Source of the DNA: Lineus longissimus
Taxonomy: Eukaryota
Length of the DNA: 64,000 nt
Direction of reading: 5' to 3'
NCBI RefSeq assembly: GCF_910592395.1
Contig: NC_088308.1
Span: forward strand, 186,001 to 250,000
The translations under genes were made by a program, and so were the position numbers. Shown here piece by piece: positions 1-12,000 of this stretch (positions within the stretch are counted from its first letter, which is position 1; every line of letters begins with the position of its first letter). The notes below the pieces were generated by a model, which saw only the letters and a program-made list of their open reading frames with translations, ran no database searches and was not told the DNA's origin.

Positions 1-128
1 GGAACCTCTCTTAGCTGACACCTCTCTAGCAGCAACCTCTCTATCCAGTACATGAGTTTTGTACCAAAGTTGGTTATTTTCATTTAATTTTGACTCTAAT
101 CAGGACAGCTCTCGATTTAAAGGACAGT
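1..128 (+). mobile_element. Truncated MITE-like element (Tc1/pogo-type terminus), same family as 37028-37207
   Basis: Window begins GGAACCTCTCTTAGCTGACACCTCT, matching the reverse complement of the terminus at 37180-37207 (CAGTGGAACCTCCCTTAGCGGACACCTCT). Superfamily assignment is by terminus resemblance only. Confidence 0.55.
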
Positions 129-999
129 ATCAGTTCTAATGTGAAATTTCTAAATTGCACCTTTTTGTTGTTCAGTTGAGGGCAATTTTCAGGCCCAGTG
201 GTTTTATCAAAATTCTTTTCAGAATATTGAATAGTGCCTTGTTGGGACAACTAAGATACAAGGGTAGACATGCATGTTTCTCTGTCGCCCTTCAAAGCTC
301 AGTTAGTTACTCATAATCACAAGGTTATCATGATGTTGGCCTTTCAACACTCATGACCCAGTTCGTCAGGTCTGTGATGTCATACAATTAGGCCTTACCT
401 GAAACTGCTCTACTTAAGTAGGTCTACCTTTTGTGAGCAAGCTGTGTGTTCAAGGGCCTTTGTGTATTATGGTTCATTGTTGCATCCTGTTACACACTGT
501 ACAGGCATTCATGTAGATTTGATGATTCTTCATAAAAGCGTATTCCCTTTGATACCTTTTATACCTGACAGAAATGGATCAGTACATTCTTCTGATGTCA
601 AACAGTGATTTTAAGTGACCTTTCATGACCTTATGTCAGTGGTGGGACAGCAAAGGTCTGTTCCAACATTAAGGCAGCTGACTATGTATTTACCCACATA
701 ATAACATGTAGCCCCTACACAGAATATGATCCATGCCTACACATGTATGATCCCCGCACAACTTCCAGGTATTCAAATTCTGTCTAATATATTGAGATGA
801 AACTGTGTGGTTTCATGTGTGGGGGTGTCTCCTGAAGCCCTGTGACATCATAAAACCCTGTCTGAATCCCATCCTCGTATACCAATGTCATTTACATGCT
901 CTTCCTTTTGTCATGTATCCTTTGTATGTCTTATGTACTTTCAATCAAAATCATTGTATTTCTATTGTACCATGTGTACCTTTGCCCTCCGGGCCTTTT

Positions 1000-1570
1000 G
1001 ATAAATAAAACTTCCCATTGTTTGCTTGAGAAGAACTTGTTGCTGTATACATTTAAAGGCTTCATAGTGTGAATAAGTGTCATGGTTTCTATTGTCCGCA
1101 GCATCAAGGTGGTCATTCAAAAGCTCCTTCCATTGTTTGCTGGTGAGAGTGATCTGATGCTCACTGAATGGCCTCAATCATGATAGCCTTCTCTGTTTAC
1201 ACAAATTGTCATTATTGTGGAATAGCTTCATAATCTCAGTCGTCTCCTCTGTTGGCAGCATCAAATCAAGGTCATTCACAAGCTCCTCCCATTGTCCGCT
1301 GGTGAAAATGTTCTGTTGCTGATTACCTTTGACAGCTATCAATCTAATCACTGTCATTAGTTTCACAATTAGTAAACTATCTCTTTTATGGGCATTTACC
1401 ATCCCATTGTATATTGGTGAGATCATGGCCTTCACGAGACTTTGATCATTATCTCCTGCTTAAAATCACTGTGCCATCAATGTCACAGATTCCCATTGTT
1501 GTTTCTTTGATCCCTTTTCTGCAGCATCAGACTCACCCTGGACAACCCTCCCTTCATTGTCTGCCTTATC
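1000..1570. repeat. Degenerate local repeat cluster
   Basis: Block GCAGCATCAA..GGTCATTCA.AAGCTCCT.CCATTGT..GCTGGTGA recurs at ~1098 and ~1255, with weaker copies near ~1010 and ~1520. Confidence 0.5.
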
Positions 1571-2115
1571 ATAATGGCCTTGTTAATTAGCGGACATCAT
1601 ATTATTACCATATCGGTGTTGAAGTCTTTGTCTCAGACAATTCAATTCTAGATAATTGATACGAGACACAAGAGGCATATTTATTTGGGCCATTTTGATC
1701 CATTCAAGGACAGTATGATTGATAATACTTGGCCCGAATGGTATCCTCTCTTTATCTGATGAAATCAATTTAATTCAATATAAGATAATGTAGACCAATA
1801 TATCACACTTTCCGGGCCTGTCAACTGACAATTGATCTGTTGATATCAGCTGATTTTAAAAGTAGGCCTTAGGTTGTTTTTGAATAGAATGGACCAGGCT
1901 TAGATCTAGGACCCAGCAGCGGGACAGAAATGATTAGCTTGGGTTGGTTGGTTGGTATAAATTGAAGAAAGATACGCTTCATCTATCTATGGATCCCTCC
2001 TACTCTTCATTTTCAGATCTCAAATATGAGCACTTTAGTCCCAAATGTAGTGTTTGTCTAGCCAAAGATCTAATGTCCTCGTACTTCATACGGTTCCTCT
2101 CATTTATCTTTGCAG

Positions 2116-2627
2116 TGAGCCAGAGCCTGCCAAGGGTTAACACCTGGACCCTTCTCTCAGATGACACAGTCAAGTATAAAACGTTAGAAGAAATGACGAT
2201 GATGAAGGAACAACTCGGCTTGGAGATGAGGCTCGAAAGCGCTCTCCACAGCGCAAAAGAAAACATCCTCCACACAGACATTCTGCTGCCAGATGATTTG
2301 TTAGGGCGGATAGCGCAGGATATCTTCACCATGTCAGAATGCGAACCATGTGGATTAAATGGCTCTGTCATATTCATCAATTTAGAAAATCGGACTAAAT
2401 GTCGCAAACTATGCAAATTGCGACTGAATGGACAGGTTGTGCCAACGTTTGAGTTACATTTGTTGTTGAAGGAAGATGGTCAAAAATGGTTCAATCCAAA
2501 GAAAATCATCTCTGTGCTTGAAAAATACTTCACGTCAAAAAGGAACCCTGTTTTACTGAGTGATTCATACCAGGTGGAGAAGAAGAAACTGTATCGTACT
2601 GGAAGTGAAAAAGGCAAGAGCAGCTAG
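2116..2627 (+). CDS. DDIT4L: DDIT4/DDIT4L (REDD1/2, scylla/charybde) family mTORC1 inhibitor, terminal coding exon; 5' end uncertain
   Basis: ORF contains RTP801_C hallmarks: LLPDDLLGRIAQDIFTMSECEPCGLNGSVIFI, VVPTFELHLLLKED and C-terminal YQVEKKKLYR. Stop TAG at 2625-2627. Candidate polypyrimidine-AG acceptors give exon starts at 2017, 2116 or 2161, all phase 1. In-frame ATG at 2193. An AT-rich 3'UTR follows, with AATAAA at 4258. Confidence 0.88.
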
Positions 2628-4361
2628 CCTTGGACTAAGTGAACATAACGTGTTTTTAATGGTCAGTACTGAAACTTTATCAGATTTGCCACGACATTAT
2701 TGCCTTGTTCCTATGCAACTAGACACACTCTTCTGCAAAATAGTGAAGTGTTTGCTCAAGGAGATATACTACATGGACTATTCACTTAGCAGATTCCCTG
2801 CTGGTCAGACTTTCTGCTTGGTAACTCTACTAAGTGGTTCGTGCTTTATGTCCTTGCACCATATTGATGTTGAAAATTTCCCTGAAATCCTGTGATTAGT
2901 TGACTAAAACCTCGTGTGACCTCCAGTTTCATGAGTAGAACATTGCCAAGGATAATCATCATCAACTTTTGAGTAGTTCTCTGATGGGCGAGGTTACTCA
3001 TGCCAAGTGACTTTCAATTTCAGGAATCCAGCATTTCTCAGCAGGTTGCACTGCTCTGATCAGCTGGTCGTTGGTTTTGAAATCACATGCCGTTTTCCAA
3101 TAATCTCCCTTTGACAATTGACGATGCTAATCACAAGGAAATCATGTTTTCTGATATTCTTCATGTGATGGGAGGGTGATTGTGCAAATATTGATCACTT
3201 TTAGTATTCATGACAGGTTGTAAAATAAATTGATGCTGTTTACAATTTCTGGTATGCTTCACTCACAAACCACCTGTAGTATAAGGGGGGGGAGACTCCC
3301 TAGGTGATTGTGTATCTTTTCCTGTGGTCAATTTGGAAAGGTCTTAGTCACTACTTAGTGACAGGTGACTATCTAAGAGCTCATGTCGTCGTGGTGTGTC
3401 TTCATCATTGAGGTCAAGGATCGCCTCCTATCTCTTATCCACGAAAACACTTCATTATGGGAGATAACGTGAAGTCTGCAATAATACTGTTTAGGTCAAG
3501 GTTTCATTGATATATTTATATATATATTTTGTTGAATCTTAACATTTAAATGCTTTGTCTGTACTAGATGTTAGTTCAATCACTGACAATTACAAATAAG
3601 AAAAAAGATATATCTAAAATTAGAAATCAGAACAATATTTTCATGAAGTAAAACTTAACCCTTGAGTCATAAGAATAGTTTTTGGGACATACTGTATTCA
3701 TTATCTTGTGTCAATTATAAGCAGCTAAAGTTCTATTTTCTACTATTACTCTCAGTCAAAGTAATAAGTTATAATTTGGTAAAGAAGTATTCAACTTTTT
3801 GGATTTCTTTGCTGGAAAAGTGAACATGATCTTGCTTTCAGGTAAGATGAATAACATTTTTGAAAATTCTCAAAGATTATATCATGAGAAATCTATTGTA
3901 ACTAGTAGATATTCAATGATGGTGGTACATTCCGTAGATAATTATTCAACATTGTGGCAATGATCTGGATTGTGTACTTCTAGTGGTTTCTTGAAAAGCA
4001 AAATCAGTCTTGTGATGTTCTGTGTGAAAAGTTGATGATTAGGAATGATGTGATAAAGAATGTACGTGTTTAATTTGTATGTTGTATCATTTTTGAAATT
4101 TCAGTGATAGCATGAAAATAGTATAAAAATAAGTTGAGTCGAATTTTAAACGAAGGGATGAAGCCAGAATGGTTGTTGGTGTCGTAGCAGAATTTTTCCC
4201 CGATGTTTGTATTGTTCATTGTGTAACTGGTGCTGTTCGTGTAAAAACTTTTTACTAAATAAATTATAAGTTTTCTTAATCAGCTTTCTTGTCAGATGCT
4301 TTGGTGGATTGGTGAATACAGATCTGCCTTTCAATGACTCAACATGAACATGATGAAGGAG

Positions 4362-4500
4362 ATAAGCGGCATAGTGACTGAAGTGCTGTGCTCACAACCA
4401 GATATCGACTCTCTGAAGAGTCACTGCTTTTTCATCTCTGTGTCCTTGAGCAAGACAACTTACCTGCCATTGCTTGGTCCTTCAGTGCTTCTGCCAAAAA
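4362..4500 (+). mobile_element. SINE remnant
   Basis: Degenerate tRNA-like head (GCGGCATAGTG..) followed by GTGTCCTTGAGCAAGACA; the CCTTGAGCAAGACA motif recurs at ~46771. Confidence 0.4.
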
Positions 4501-5619
4501 ATTACCCAAGTGGACAGTGTTTGGCCAATCACCATGATTGGCACCTTGAAATGTTAACCAGAGACAAGAAGAATCGGTTCTGCCAGGCATGATTGTGAGT
4601 CTTTATTGGATTATCAGCGAATCACAGAATTCAGACAGATGTGACTGTGGCCACATCAGACGCAACCTGGGGTGGAACCTTTAGCAACTTTTTTATCTGC
4701 CACTCCGGTGTGGTGATGAAAGTGGAATTATGTGGTGGAGCTGCTTGTGACTTCATTGCTGGTCCACTTCTCAGAAGGTCACTTTCCATGATTGACAACC
4801 TATCATGATCTGCTCCTAATTGGACTGATTACCTGAGGGACATGCTGAGGGCTATTGCAATCTGAGTCCTGCATTTCAAGATGCCAGCATTTCAAGATGC
4901 CAGTTTTGATGAGACAGGAGCATGAGATTTGGTCGCTAGTGGTTAACTGGTATTTGCACATATTGAGTGTATTGTCTTTGGTTGTGACAGCGGTCATGGG
5001 ACTTGCTACATCAGTGGTGTGCAGTGGTTTTGACAGTGGTGACTCGGCCGGAGACGCATCGTACTAAATAGTTGCAACACTGTAGATCAGCGCCACGTCT
5101 ATGACCACACCTGACGTATGAGGCCCATTGTCACACAAACCAAACTAGTCGATGGTAATGACTAATGTCATATTGAATAGGTCAAGGAAATGCATGCCTT
5201 GTAATCCACCAGGTTGTAAGGAGACGCAAATAAATAACAGTTTTGTTAGTAATTAAACAATAACAACAATGGGATCAATTCGAGGACAACAATAACAGCT
5301 ATGAATCCAAGCCTAGGAACTCTTGGAAATCTGTGATAAGGGGCTTATACCCAAAACATGACACTTCTTAGAAAGTCAACAATCCATGAATGGTCTGGTG
5401 TTGTCTTGGGTTGTCAACTGCTCACAGCCGGCTACCTGCTCAACCCCTTGCGCTTGCCATGCTGTCACATTCACAATGAAAACTGTCTCCTCAACACACA
5501 ATTCAGCCAGTGTCCACTGTCGCAACCAGATGAAAGCAACCGTTAGGCTAGCTAACTTCTATTAAGTAAATAAAGCAAAAATGTTTGTGTTTACAGTCTG
5601 ATATCAAACTGTGATGGAG

Positions 5620-5960
5620 GTTATACACTCCGGACGCAGTGTACCAGCCCGCACCCTAGGCGATCCAATTAGGATGACGCAACGGACTGCCCCGGGAGTC
5701 TACTCAATCAGCGCTACAACCTGAGCATTTCTGTCAGTTCAAAATTGGCTGCATCCTGACTATCGAGCTCAACAAGTGAGTGATACATTGCGGGTCAAGA
5801 TGTATTAAAACCAGGCAGCAATCTTGCGCAGTACAAATTATTCCCGCCAAAAGATTTCTCGCCCAGCAGCCTGGTTCGTCTCAGCACCGATAGTAGCGCT
5901 CCTCATTTATTCTCGTTACCAGGCTATGCTTTCAACCTCGTGCCGCGGGTGACAACGATA
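5620..5960 (+). promoter_or_regulatory. Putative CpG-rich promoter of the RASSF gene
   Basis: Locally CpG-dense patch just upstream of ATG 6082. Contains CCAAT/ATTGG boxes (~5666, ~5744), TGACGCA (~5675) and a canonical E2F site TTCCCGCCAAAA (5841-5852). Confidence 0.5.
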
Positions 5961-6081
5961 CAACATGGTGGACACGACACAAGAATATTTGATTTTGTAG
6001 ATTTTTGCCCGATTTCTCTTATTTGTTGACCCGAGTGTAAAATATCTACATGCCAGACTTGTAGGGAATAGATAAAAGGAT

Positions 6082-9000
6082 ATGTCCGCTTGTTCTAGAT
6101 GCGGCAAACCTGTCTACTTTGGTGAGTATGATTGGAAAATAGATGAAGATCGAGTTGTTGACAGTCACAATGATTGAATCATGTATGATCGTGATGTATA
6201 GTGCTACATTGTTTCACTACTATTGACGCTTATAGTAAAATATGGCCTCAGAGATTGATTGATCGTAAGTGAAATAAAAAATGGTGGGATATCTATGTGG
6301 TCGAAATTTATTAGGAGTTTCTGGAGGGAGGCGATCTATAATGAATGAAGGGCCATCAGTCATCACTTGACGTTCTGTAGTGGACAGAGGGCATGCAGAT
6401 GGGCTCAAGCAGTTTACTTTGTTGAAAATGTTTCAACATTTCTGGCGATTTAAAAATTGCGGGAAGGAACCATCGACAAACAATGTAGGAATAGTTAATA
6501 CCTCACCAGGCGGGGGAAGCCACTGCTAGCCCCATTTAGTTCATTTCAAGTGATATAACTTTTATGACTTTTCCAAGCAATACAAATTTGACCGATTTAT
6601 TCCTCTATTCCAGCTGAAAGGAAGACTTCTCTTGGCAAGCATTGGCACAGGCAGTGTTTGAGGTGTGATGAGTGTGGCAAGGTCCTCAACCCAGGACAAC
6701 ATGCTGAGGTAAGACGTCTCAACTAGTCTCCAGGAGTTTATGTTTTCCCATAAACTGACTTTAACTCTTACTGATGGATTACACACTTACAGAGACTCTA
6801 TACTATAGGCAGCAGCCAGATAGGCAAGAAAAAGTTACATTAAGTCCCCTATAGGGGTCTCTCACATCTGATAGTACATCGCAACTTTTCACGTTTGTAC
6901 GAGGAATTTATTTCATGTATTTGGTGCTGCATTTCACATGACCCAGTGCCCTTACTGTGTATGATTAATAGTCACCTGAAGATGACCAATCAATTTGAAC
7001 CCCCCTTGCTCCTGTCTATAGTCCTCCTTTAAGTTTTAACCAACCCTAATTTAGAATATGGGATTAGGAACAAACGATATGCAGCCAACTTCAGGCTCCC
7101 CATACTGAAGCCAGCTTCTTCCTCTCTTCTCTAATTAGTGAGGGCTGAGACTAAGAGAGTAATCCAATGGTAAGGCCTAGAGTTATATTGTAACGAATAT
7201 AACAATGTTTGGATATTAATGAATTTAATCATCTTAAAAGCAGTAACATGTTTCACACCCGAGGTTGTTCAGAATCAGATAAACCTAGTTCAGTTGCCAA
7301 AATCTGAATCAGAGAAAAATACAAAACGGACAGGTGGACACATGCCATTCCCGGTCTTATCTCTCTCCTTTGAAAAAGATGAGCCCAGACATGGCTGAAA
7401 CTTGATTTCCTTTTAATCATCTTCTTCATGCCTCAATGTAGTGTTTTAGCTAAAGTGTTTAGCAGGGCCCTGCCTTGACTCAATGTCTTCTTATTATTAG
7501 TGGCCAAAGCATTACCTTTGGAAGCAGGGCACTGTACACTACCTTCTCTGTCTGTGCCCTCTTCTGCCCTGCCCATTCAGATTGCTGGCTAAAGTGCTTA
7601 ACTACCAGCTGGAGTAGAGGCAGCCTGAAGTAGTAACGCACCTGGATTAATGAGAGTAGCACCACTTTGAACCAGCACGGAGATCACTTCTTCTGTCTCA
7701 GGTTGACTGCGTTCTCTGCTGGATGCAAAGAACAAGCTGCTGGAGTTGTTATGCATTGATTGAGAACTCTTTAGAAATGATTAGACGAGAGGGTTTTTTA
7801 CAGTCTACCTGATCACACACAGATAGGTCGTACCATACTTATATTGCGAATCGAATCAAAAGGCTGCTGGTTTGATTGGGCAGGGAAGGATGCCACTATA
7901 TTGCAGGTATTGTGGCTTAAAACTGACTGAGTTTAAAATAAACCTTCTGATCGGAATCGTTTCGAGTTTTCATGTTGGTGATACAGGCCACAAAATGCAA
8001 TGAACTGTGTTCCTGCTTGCAATTGAAAATTTAATTTTTTTCTCTGAACACGTATGGAGATCTTGAAACCATGACCATTTTCCCTGTCAATGAGATTGAT
8101 GCATAGTGTGCCCTGATGAGACTGAATAACGTGGCTGGAATATTTAATCATCCTCCTGACTCACACATTCCAGCAGTGATGTACGTCTCCTGCTGCAAGC
8201 TTCACATTTCAATAAGCAGGTAAAAAACTGCATTCCTGGTCAACGTTAGGACAATGATGAACGTAAAACTTGTGCACAACAAACTCAGCATTCTTATGTC
8301 ATGTTAGTCTCCTGTGAGCCAAACTGACAACATCGCTGAGGAACACAACGTGTAGAACATCGGTTGTTATTGGACTATCTCGCTTCCAACTTCAGAGATG
8401 ACTCAGTTATTGATAATCACTTGTTCAGATTTCTTGAAAACGCTTGTCCTCTGGGACCAGTCTGAATAGTACAGCCTGATCATCATCGCATGATGCCAGC
8501 ACCAACAGAAGCTTGATGTCGTCTCCTACAAAACGTCAAGAAGCATTAGGTTGAGTTTCAAACTGTTCAATGTCATCATCAGTAAAAAATGGCTGTCTGC
8601 GTTTTGTCTGTGAAGTATTTTCAGTGATGTTATTCTGAACATTACCTTTTTTTTCGACGCAGCTTTTAACTTAAATTAACCTTGTTCTTATTCTATAAAA
8701 AAGCCGGTAACATCTTACATCTGTGGTGAATTTTGGTAACATATCTGATGACATGAAGAGGTAAACACTTACTTTTTGGTAAGAACTCTTCCTAGTTTGT
8801 AGATTTTCACCTGTACGTTACCTCTAGTATAAGGTACCTACAAACCCCGCCTACGAGGACATTGCACAAACCTACTGGCTACCATGCGCGCAGACCTGAA
8901 ACAAGCTGGTCTGGGCCAACTGCGAGACAACTGGATCGCCTAGAGCAACGTGCCCATGACCAACTGGCCGAGACTCAAGTGAAGGACGGATTGTAGCCGC

Positions 9001-12000
9001 AGGATGTGACTATGACTACTGAAGCCACAGCAAACAGTGATTATATACCATAGTTGTTTGAAAGACTATACCCTCTAATGGCACCATTATATTTTGAGCT
9101 TTTTGAAGAAATATTCAAAATCTTTTCATTTTCTCTTCCAGCACAAGGGTCTTCCATTTTGTCACCACCCATGTTACAGCGCCCTCTTTGGTCCAAGAAT
9201 ATCAGGATTCGGTGTCCCGATTGTAGCGTACACCAACTATGGTAACCGTGATGTCAGGACGAATGGGTCGTATCGCATGGCAGGGGTTGATAGGTGAGTG
9301 AGCTGATTTCAATTCAGATATTTCTATAATCACCCCAGGGAATCAGCAGCCACCTCTACGAGAGTCGCCCACCTCTCCAAGTCAAGGCAGCCACCTCTGC
9401 GAGTGAAACCAGCCTCAGGTCAAATGCTGTCTTTAAACATGGCCCTTGTCTGGGCTGTGATTTGCTGTTTCCTTGTTGTGTTGAGGATACACCAGGACAC
9501 ATAAGGAGCTGTTTCTGGCCACACTGTCACAAACCCAAATTAAGCCATGTGATTCTCTTGGAATTTTGTAATGGCGGATAAAATTCTGCAGAATTGAGAT
9601 GCTGCTGTTCATCCCTGGGTGTGTCTGTCGAGTCATCGTTGATCACTCAGACTGATGTCATCGGCACTGAGTGTGTAACGTTGTCATCAGTCAATGTCAC
9701 CATTTCATGTTTGTCTCGAGATGCTCAACTTTGGTGAGCAGCCTGAACATTATAGGTGAGTTCCTCCCCGTAATTGTAAAAAAAAAAATTTCTGTGATCA
9801 CATTTTCAATGTACCCCATGATTTTAACCTTGGAATAAGATCCATATCATCATTGTTCATACCATCAGTGATATTTGATCCTATACATGTAGGATGCTGG
9901 CTGTATCATTGACTTGACTAGTGGTGATTTATATGTCGCTTCCATGGCAGACTGCTGATAATCCTGTCTTATCAGTGATATTAACATAACCCAGCATTGT
10001 TGTGTTGTATCCACTGCAAAAGTTACAAAGCCAAATATGTCTTTGAGATAAGAAAAAAAGGATCCCAGTATTTCCAAATTGATACCGATTTGTCATGAAT
10101 GAAATACACCTTGCTCAACAGTTGTGGCATTCATCGGAAAATACTGTCATTTCTTTTCTCAGGAAAGAACTTTTTGTAGCAAAAATGGCTTGAATTCTGC
10201 GGTTACATTGTGTTGGTCCTGCTCCATGCTGGCGGATGCTGCCGGGAGTGAATGCACATTCATCACAAACACCATTATTCATACTGTAAAATAACATCAA
10301 CTTTTTGATGAGTTCTACACTACCGGACAAGGGCTCATAATGTAGCAGTGTTTATCAGCCTTTATTGAACTTTACAGCATTCTCAGCAAACATCGCAAGT
10401 AAGTTAGCGGTAGCAAATGTCATCACCTCATCATAATGTAACACTTGGCTTGTATTTCACGAGAGTGTAGAATGCAACTAGAAATCACAGGTAGGCCTAT
10501 TAGACATCACCCAAGAACTTGAAGAACTTGTGTCTCCTCTATCGTGCTCTTAGAATGGCTTTTAATTTGTCAGTTTGTGACACATCCAGACATGCCAGAA
10601 TTTCACTTGCTTAAAAATCAAGAATTTAACCAAAGCTTTTAAACGATGTCATATGGACTTGTCTTTACAAATCTAGGTTTCTACTGAGGCACACTGGATC
10701 AACATGTAATACTGCACTGGCACAAACGTTTATAGCTGTGAAATCTTATGCAGAGGGCGCTCCACTGTACTTGCCAGAATGTTTATGTGTATTTTTATGA
10801 TGCATACCAGGATTGTGGTTCTGGATGCAACTGCCCTCTCTCCCAGATAATGTGATAAATTGTATCAGATTCATAAATTGGGTTTATCCATATCTATTTG
10901 CAACTGAATGGTGAAGAGGAATACCTCAAAGTGGTGAATAATGTATTAAACCTATTTATCTGGGCTATAAATCATTAGCGTCCTCAGCTCCAGCACTGCT
11001 TCACATGCTGTAGCTACAGGCTTGGTGAGTCAGGCCTACCTACTCCACCTCCACCTGCTATATGCATGTGGATTGATTTGATGATGTGTAATGAGTAAGC
11101 TCATAGCTGCCTACATGCAAACCTTTGTTGTAATCATGACAAATCAAGCAACTCATTACTTCAACATTTTATAGAGTACATGTATTTCATAATAACATTG
11201 ATGTGCTTACAAATATTGGATATTTTATGAATGGTGTATATAAATAATGAGCCCTAGTGGTGCAGTATAAACTAAGTGTACAATGCCAAGTCAAACCTCA
11301 GTACAATACATGTATTGTATGAAAAAGTCGGCAAAACTTGTTGATCCACTCAAATGTGGGTCGATTCTTCCTTGTTCCTCATTAGTTCAAGCAGCACACA
11401 CTGCAATACATGGAGTTATCTCTGATATGTGAATGTCTGTAACATGTTCACTCTCACATCAAACTCGCGTTACACATTCAGAAGGTGAGTTCTTTCGGAG
11501 CATGGTTTCATATTTCTGACATTATAAACATCCAATATCTTGACTCATTGTATCAACTTGAATAATGTTCGAGGCTGTGTCAAACCTGTTGCTATCATTG
11601 AACTTATTATCATGTAATTTACTCGTATTCATGCCTCATTCGACGAGGGAGGGGGGGTGCTCTTCGAGTCCTTTCCTAACAATATTCCTGCCTTGTTGAC
11701 AATCCTGAGGTTGGATGGGAACAAGCGAGGGTTCCCTGACAGTGGACTTCCATTACCTCAGGGATCATTCTATTCTTCAGCATTTTCACAAAAGTTCAAT
11801 GACTCCTTCACTCACCAAAGAGTGAAAGTGTGGATTTAAAGATTACAATCTTAACACTTTCATCTGTATGTTACTTGATCACTGGTTCATCTAAAGTAAA
11901 CCTAAGCATTGTCTACAGGCACTAGCCAGGAAGTTGGAGTTGGACCAGTATATTATGCCTCTGGCATTGTAACATAATGATAATAGAATATAATTTTGCT

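Noticed and set aside
931..1435. Minus-strand ORFs sharing a QW(K/E)EL peptide
   Set aside because: Explained by a degenerate DNA repeat; frames are broken and no family is recognisable.
1944..2016. N-terminal extension of the DDIT4 ORF from a TTG start
   Set aside because: Non-ATG start in intron-like sequence upstream of the candidate acceptors.
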